In this document: piece by piece, positions 61,273 to 64,000 of the stretch
Layout of the letters: each line of letters starts with the position of its first letter
Numbering within the stretch: position 1 is the first letter of the stretch
From: Felis catus
Taxonomy: Eukaryota
DNA length: 64,000 nucleotides
NCBI RefSeq assembly: GCF_018350175.1
Contig: NC_058372.1
Span: 48,052,001-48,116,000 of the forward strand
Direction: 5' to 3'
The notes under the pieces: model-generated
What the model was told of the DNA's origin: nothing
The model's database searches: none
Seen by the model: the letters and a program-made list of their open reading frames with translations, nothing else
Translations under genes and position numbers: made by a program

Positions 61273-63529
61273 TCCTCAGGTAATAGGCCTGGGTACAGTT
61301 TCCAGATGAAACATGCTTTTGCTATTGACTTTGTATCTTTGGTGGCTGGTATATGATAGATAGCCAGTGATTTGTTTCTTAAATTCTGTTTTTTACTTTC
61401 CCTCCTGCCATTATCACACATTCTACTATTGTCTATGACCCACGCACATTGCCCAGCAAAGTGGCCCCAACACAGCCACCCAAAGGTCTAAATGCAGAGA
61501 AGCCTCCAATATCCCAGAAATGAGTCACAGTGTCCTTCTAACTTAGGATAAACCTCATGCTCACTCTATGTAAACATTTTAGAGGCCAATAAGATGCAAT
61601 ACTCATCTAAAGTGCTATAAAGGTCTATTAATCTTGACCTTTCCTGAGTTCTCCTATCATATGACTCTAAATGACTAGTTCTTCACTTTGTTCTTTCAAG
61701 AAATAAAGAGACTTTATAGAAAGCCATGACATTCACCCTTGTTTGCTCCACTTCCTATATCTTAAAGGTTGGGAAAATTGTAAAATTAGACACAGGAAAC
61801 TTTCTAAAGCACAGTACATCAGCTTTCAAAGGGCTTTGGTTATATACTCAAAGACACATGTTGACTATTTCTCCCTCTTATAAGCTGAATTATACCTTAA
61901 TTCAATTACATTTCCTATAAAAGCACTCCCATTAATAACCTCTATTAAAGTATTAAAATGGTATCTCTAATAATTCTTTCATATGCATTATCTTGAATGA
62001 TCTGGTAATTATGGACATGATATGTTTGAATTAGTACATAAACTACCTAGAGTTATTAAAGATGAAAATTACTAAAGGCCCCATGACACTCTCATGAAGA
62101 CCAGTAGAAGACTGGTTCTTAACTAAATTAGCTAGCATATTAGGACACACAGGAAAATGCAACTCAACCTTGTCACAAAGATCCAGCTTATCTGCTCTGC
62201 CTTCTGAGTGGGAGCCTCCTCTTTGGTTCTATGTAGTGATTCCTCTAGAGTCACCTCACATAGTGCCCATAGGAGAAGAAAATGTTCTTTCCAAGGGCCC
62301 TCAACTAACTCTTGAATTGTGTGCCCATGTATGAACTGACTGATCATTTTGTAGTCAGGGAGATGGGCTCTGCTGATTGCCTTATTCCAATAAGAATGCA
62401 TCCTTAGAGCAAGGTGTAGTTTATTACCACTTAATCTCACTGTCAAGAGTAAAAGAAAGGCAGTTTCCCAGAGGAAATTTTTACCAAATAAAGGTTCTAT
62501 GGATGCTGACTGGCAAAACCAACAGATGTTCATTGTGAAGACTTTCCCCTAATTAGATTGATGATTGTTGTTTCATGTTTTAATAAAACCTTGAAAACAT
62601 CAAAAAAGTACGTAACAGACTCTACAAAAACAAATTTCTACATTTCTACATTTCAAAAAAAAAACAAGCTCTAATTTTTTTTTTTTTTTTGCAGTTTAAA
62701 TGCGTATCAAATTCAAAGCATTTCTCCATGTTTGACTTCGTAGCAGAAGATAAATAATGGTGATTCGTGATATTTTTTCTTTACATATACTTTACATATA
62801 TAGTCTTTACATATACTAGAATGAATTATCTTTGTGTACCATACTCCACATTTTTTTGCCTATTTTTTAAATATCCCTATGAAATCAAATCATATTGAGT
62901 ATTTCAGAGTATCTCTTCTTTAGAATTTGAATGAAAATTCTTGTTGCAAAGCCACATTTGGAAAAAGTTGTTCTTTATAAAATGGATTAGCTAAAAATTT
63001 GCATACCCTAAATATTAACAAATGATTTGAAAAATTCACGCTTATAAAACATATAAAGACCTACTGCTTATCTTTCTCTATAGGGAAGAGTGAGTTTTGC
63101 AAATCTGTGGTTGAATCTCTTCTCACTATTCCTTTTCTAGTTCTACTTGAATTTATAATAGGTAGGCACAGACATAGTCATAAATACTTGTAATTTCTTC
63201 CAGTGGTCTTAGCTTCATGCTGTCTTCTTCACTGTCCTTAATTTCTTACTGTTTGGAAGACACAGCTCCAGGTCTTGTCTCTCCAATCAGGGAAATAGCC
63301 CTCTGCCTAGCAACTCACACCAAACATGTTTACGGGGAAGAAGTATCATGTAACTTCATAGCTTTGGAGTCCCTGATGCAGCCTGGTTAAATCACCTGTT
63401 AGGTTACCTAATGGTGCCACTATCTACTTAGTCAGGTATTACAAGAACTGTGTGAGTTTCCTATGTGCTCTCTACTTCCTCATCCTAGATATATGTTCAG
63501 TCTTGAAGTCTGACTACTCAACTTTATGC

Positions 63530-64000
63530 CTCTTACATCTCCATTTCTGCTACCACACCGTGGGACAAGAACCTCCTAACTGTCCTCTTGTAGACAGGCT
63601 TCACTTCTAGAATTACCAGTACAAAATGCCTTCCACACTTTGTCTAGAGTTAAAGCTGTAAAATACAAATTTGAGTATAATAATCCACCATATTAATCCC
63701 TTCCAGAGCATGACAAAGCTGTAGGATAAAGCTCGACAGCTCCCGACCATTTTCATGTCCCACCAGTGCTGATTCCTTTCCCTTTCCAAGGAGAAAAACA
63801 TTGTAAATTGTAGCATTTTAGAAATACACGCAGTTCCTCCCAGAAAGCCACTATCTGTCATACCTTTTGGTCTTTGTTGTTTCTTCTGTCTGCAGTGCCC
63901 TCAACCTTACCATCTTACCGCTCCTTCATTATGCGATTCAAGGTGACCAAATGGGAACAGCTATCCTTGACTCCTCCAGGCAGATTCCAGAATTTTTTCT
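63530..64000 (+). mobile_element. Probable L2 fragment running off the window
   Basis: Pyrimidine-rich; CATCTCCATTTCTGCTACCAC, CCTCCTAACTGTCCTC, TAGGATAAAGCTC, CCTTGACTCCTCCAGGCAGA. Confidence 0.55.

Noticed and set aside
29552..62533. Longest ORFs (29552-29956, 35187-35600, 62132-62533; 133-137 aa)
   Set aside because: No recognisable domain, composition typical of random AT-rich DNA, one runs into a SINE; lengths are plausible by chance across six frames of 64 kb
1..64000. tRNA genes, CRISPR arrays, operons or defence systems
   Set aside because: SINE heads are tRNA-derived but continue into SINE core and tail; no regularly spaced repeat-spacer array; the sequence is mammalian non-coding DNA

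Overview
Eukaryotic, non-coding carnivore DNA, very probably felid. The evidence is about 26 tRNA-derived Can-SINEs, several of the young GGGGCGCCTGGGTGGCGCAGTCGGTTAAGCGTCCGACTTCAGCCAGGTCACG type, plus carnivore-type L1 3' ends and an internally deleted Tigger1. The rest is ancient mammalian repeat debris (L1MC/L1ME, L2, MIR, MLT1, MER5A, MER20, MER20B, MER82, MER94), microsatellites and unique AT-rich sequence. I cannot support any protein-coding gene, RNA gene or CRISPR array; the ORF track is explained by repeats and chance. SINE orientation is skewed (20 plus, 6 minus) and the best splice-site pairs lie on the minus strand, so the window may be a large intron of a minus-strand gene (inference; gene not identified). 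Most notable observations: a Can-SINE apparently carrying a 3' read-through tag inside one TSD, nested in Tigger1; a head-to-tail SINE dimer under one TSD next to an inverted SINE; several young, possibly polymorphic SINEs; two candidate cassette exons; and several motif-dense or CpG-retaining unique blocks that resemble enhancers. I found no convincing novel biological system. Repeat family names come from recalled consensus sequences, not from a search.
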